Source: an uncultured Planctomycetaceae bacterium (GTDB lineage Bacteria; Planctomycetota; Phycisphaerae; SM23-33). Taken from it: DNA of 32,924 nucleotides. Both the position numbers and the translations under genes were made by a program. This document shows, piece after piece, positions 31,599 through 32,924 of the stretch; the first letter of the stretch is position 1, and each line of letters starts with the position of its first letter. The notes below the pieces were generated by a model. That model searched no databases. It was not told the origin of the DNA and saw only the letters and a program-made list of their open reading frames with translations. Location: contig CAZMDT010000001.1 of the NCBI GenBank assembly GCA_964564965.1, positions 13,237 to 46,160 of the forward strand, read 5' to 3'.

Positions 31599-32924
31599 GT
31601 GCGAAGCAGCGGTCATCCGGCCGGGGGGGCCTTTCTCGCGGCGTGGGTGCTTGCCGTCGCGCCGGGGGCCGGGGGCGCACCGGCTCCGGCGACGCAGCCG
31701 GCGACGCCGACCGGCTACCTCGCCGCGCCGGGCGTTTCGAGGGCCGCCACCAGCGGGATCGCCATCACCTCCCGGGTGGTCACCAACGCCGACACGAGCA
31801 TGGACCACCCGGGCTGGGGCGACCTGGTGCGCTATGACATCGCCGGGGGAAAGCTGGTCGGCCGGCGGGTGCTGTACGGCGGGGGCGACGCGGGCTTCGC
31901 GTGCATCAGCCCGGACGGCGGGCGGCTCGTGTTCCTGCGTTCGGACGGCTGGCTGTACACGCTGCCGATCGACGGCGGGGAGGCGGAGAAGCTCGTCCGG
32001 ATCGTTGATCTCGACCAGTCCGCGGCCGACGCCGATCGGCCCGTGCAGAACCGGCAGATGTTCAAGTGGGTTTACGGCGACGGGGGCGAGTGGGTCTTCT
32101 ACGTCGCGGAGGTCGCCAACGCCGCCGACACGACGAAGATCAACCGGATCAACGTGCGGACGAGGCGGATCGAGCACGTGGTCACGCTGAACGCGGCCAC
32201 CCGCAAGCTCGACTTCTCCCTCTACTGCACCCACCACGCCGGCATGATCGTCTTCCGCCCGGGCCCGTGGCGGGTGGTCATGTACGATATCGCCGCCGGC
32301 GACGGCGATGTCTCGCGCGCCCTGCACGTCCCCAGAGGATGCGGGCCCAGCGTCTCGCCCGACGGCGCCTACGCCACCGCCAACGACCACACCCACGCCC
32401 GCTGCCGCATCGTCAACACCGCCACCGCCGATGTCGAGGCCGTCTTCGCCTGCAACGAGTGGGACCCCCGACGAAGCGGCATCAGCTACTTCTGGCAGAA
32501 CCACCGCTGGTCGGTCAACTCGATGGACTGGATCTTCATCGGGCAGGGCCCCGGGCGCGGCACCGCCCCCTACCGCGACGCCGTCCTCTACAACCCCCGA
32601 CGCGGGGAATACATCCGTCTCACCGAGAACCGCGACGGCGAGAGCGACCTCGCGTGTGCGTTCTGGCTCGCCGACTGTCCCATCGAGTTCCCCCTCGGCC
32701 TCCACGCGGGCGAGGCGCCCTACACCGTCACCTTCGGCGCCAAGGCCCTCGGCGGGCGACCGGAGGAGTGGAAGTGGTCCTACGGCGAGCCCGCCCCCGA
32801 CGACGCCCCGCCCGGCAGGCACACCTTCACTCGCGCCGGCGTGTATGACGTCGCCGCCAGCCGCGGCGAAGAGACGCTTTCCGGGCGGGTCACCGTCCAG
32901 CCGCGGCGCGCCCCGAAGATCGCT
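31599..32924 (+). CDS. Secreted beta-propeller (TolB/PD40-like repeats) protein with a C-terminal PKD-like domain, 3'-truncated by the window edge
   Basis: Absent from the ORF track because it has no stop in the window. The frame is open from the stop at 31506-31508 to 32924. GTG 31599 is preceded by AGGAG with a 7-nt spacer. Manual translation gives VRSSGHPAGGAFLAAWVLAVAPGAGGAPAPA (signal-like), then ...CISPDGGRLVFLRSDGWLYTLPIDGGEAEKLV...SVSPDGAYATAND..., and finally PYTVTFGAKALGGRPEEWKWSYGE...GRHTFTRAGVYDVAASRG..TLSGRVTVQP (PKD pattern). Third-position G+C is high, as in the other genes. Confidence 0.65.
   Translation, partial: MRSSGHPAGGAFLAAWVLAVAPGAGGAPAPATQPATPTGYLAAPGVSRAATSGIAITSRVVTNADTSMDHPGWGDLVRYDIAGGKLVGRRVLYGGGDAGFACISPDGGRLVFLRSDGWLYTLPIDGGEAEKLVRIVDLDQSAADADRPVQNRQMFKWVYGDGGEWVFYVAEVANAADTTKINRINVRTRRIEHVVTLNAATRKLDFSLYCTHHAGMIVFRPGPWRVVMYDIAAGDGDVSRALHVPRGCGPSVSPDGAYATANDHTHARCRIVNTATADVEAVFACNEWDPRRSGISYFWQNHRWSVNSMDWIFIGQGPGRGTAPYRDAVLYNPRRGEYIRLTENRDGESDLACAFWLADCPIEFPLGLHAGEAPYTVTFGAKALGGRPEEWKWSYGEPAPDDAPPGRHTFTRAGVYDVAASRGEETLSGRVTVQPRRAPKIA

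Noticed and set aside
30504-32822. 772-aa minus-strand ORF
   Set aside because: It overlaps the large secreted protein gene out of frame. It is antisense to the open-ended beta-propeller/PKD gene. The sequence is Gly/Arg/Pro/Ala-rich with no motif.
1-32924. CRISPR arrays, tRNA/rRNA genes, insertion sequences, integrases, prophage or obvious defence-system genes
   Set aside because: I saw no regularly spaced direct repeats, no tRNA-like or rRNA-like sequence, and no transposase, integrase, nuclease or methylase signatures on either strand. The search was visual only, so short or degenerate elements could be missed.

Overview
GC-rich bacterial chromosomal segment (about two-thirds G+C by eye, not computed) with about 30 protein-coding genes. 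I found no rRNA, tRNA, CRISPR array, transposase or integrase. Many long ORFs in the track are opposite-strand or out-of-frame shadows, as expected in high-GC DNA, and were discarded. The gene content is three PEP-CTERM cargo proteins, three tandem prepilin-type (DUF1559-like) proteins and an EPS-priming sugar transferase. This suggests a Planctomycetota- or Verrucomicrobiota-like organism (inference only). Layout, left to right: (i) a truncated adaptor gene and a PilZ/YcgR-like c-di-GMP receptor. (ii) A minus-strand operon of a FeeM-like N-acyltransferase, an amidohydrolase, a PaaK/F390-synthetase-like ligase and a ThiF/E1-like enzyme. (iii) A PEP-CTERM protein, a polyprenyl-phosphate sugar transferase with a long untranslated leader, a lipoprotein nitrilase-superfamily hydrolase and a PEP-CTERM beta-strand-repeat protein. 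(iv) The most unusual locus, 11.4-18.9 kb on the minus strand: one operon encoding a HlyD adaptor, a DUF3467 protein, a tandem-GAF-HlyD fusion, a PqqD-like/M50 site-2-protease/HlyD fusion and a C-terminally truncated SecA-like ATPase, with no ABC/RND/MFS pump and no outer-membrane factor. (v) A LacI-family regulator with a textbook promoter and two palindromic operators, heading an operon of a frameshift-split PEP-CTERM gene, three prepilin-like genes and a GH55-like beta-helix glycosidase. (vi) A CopG/zinc-ribbon regulator plus a His-rich membrane protein. (vii) A 1139-aa secreted orphan protein translationally coupled to an ankyrin-repeat lipoprotein. (viii) A 3'-truncated beta-propeller/PKD protein that is absent from the ORF track. 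Several sigma70-like promoters (TTGnnn-N16/17-TAnnnT) and two hairpin-plus-T-tract terminators can be read directly and delimit the operons. All family assignments come from motif recognition by eye and need HMM or BLAST confirmation.
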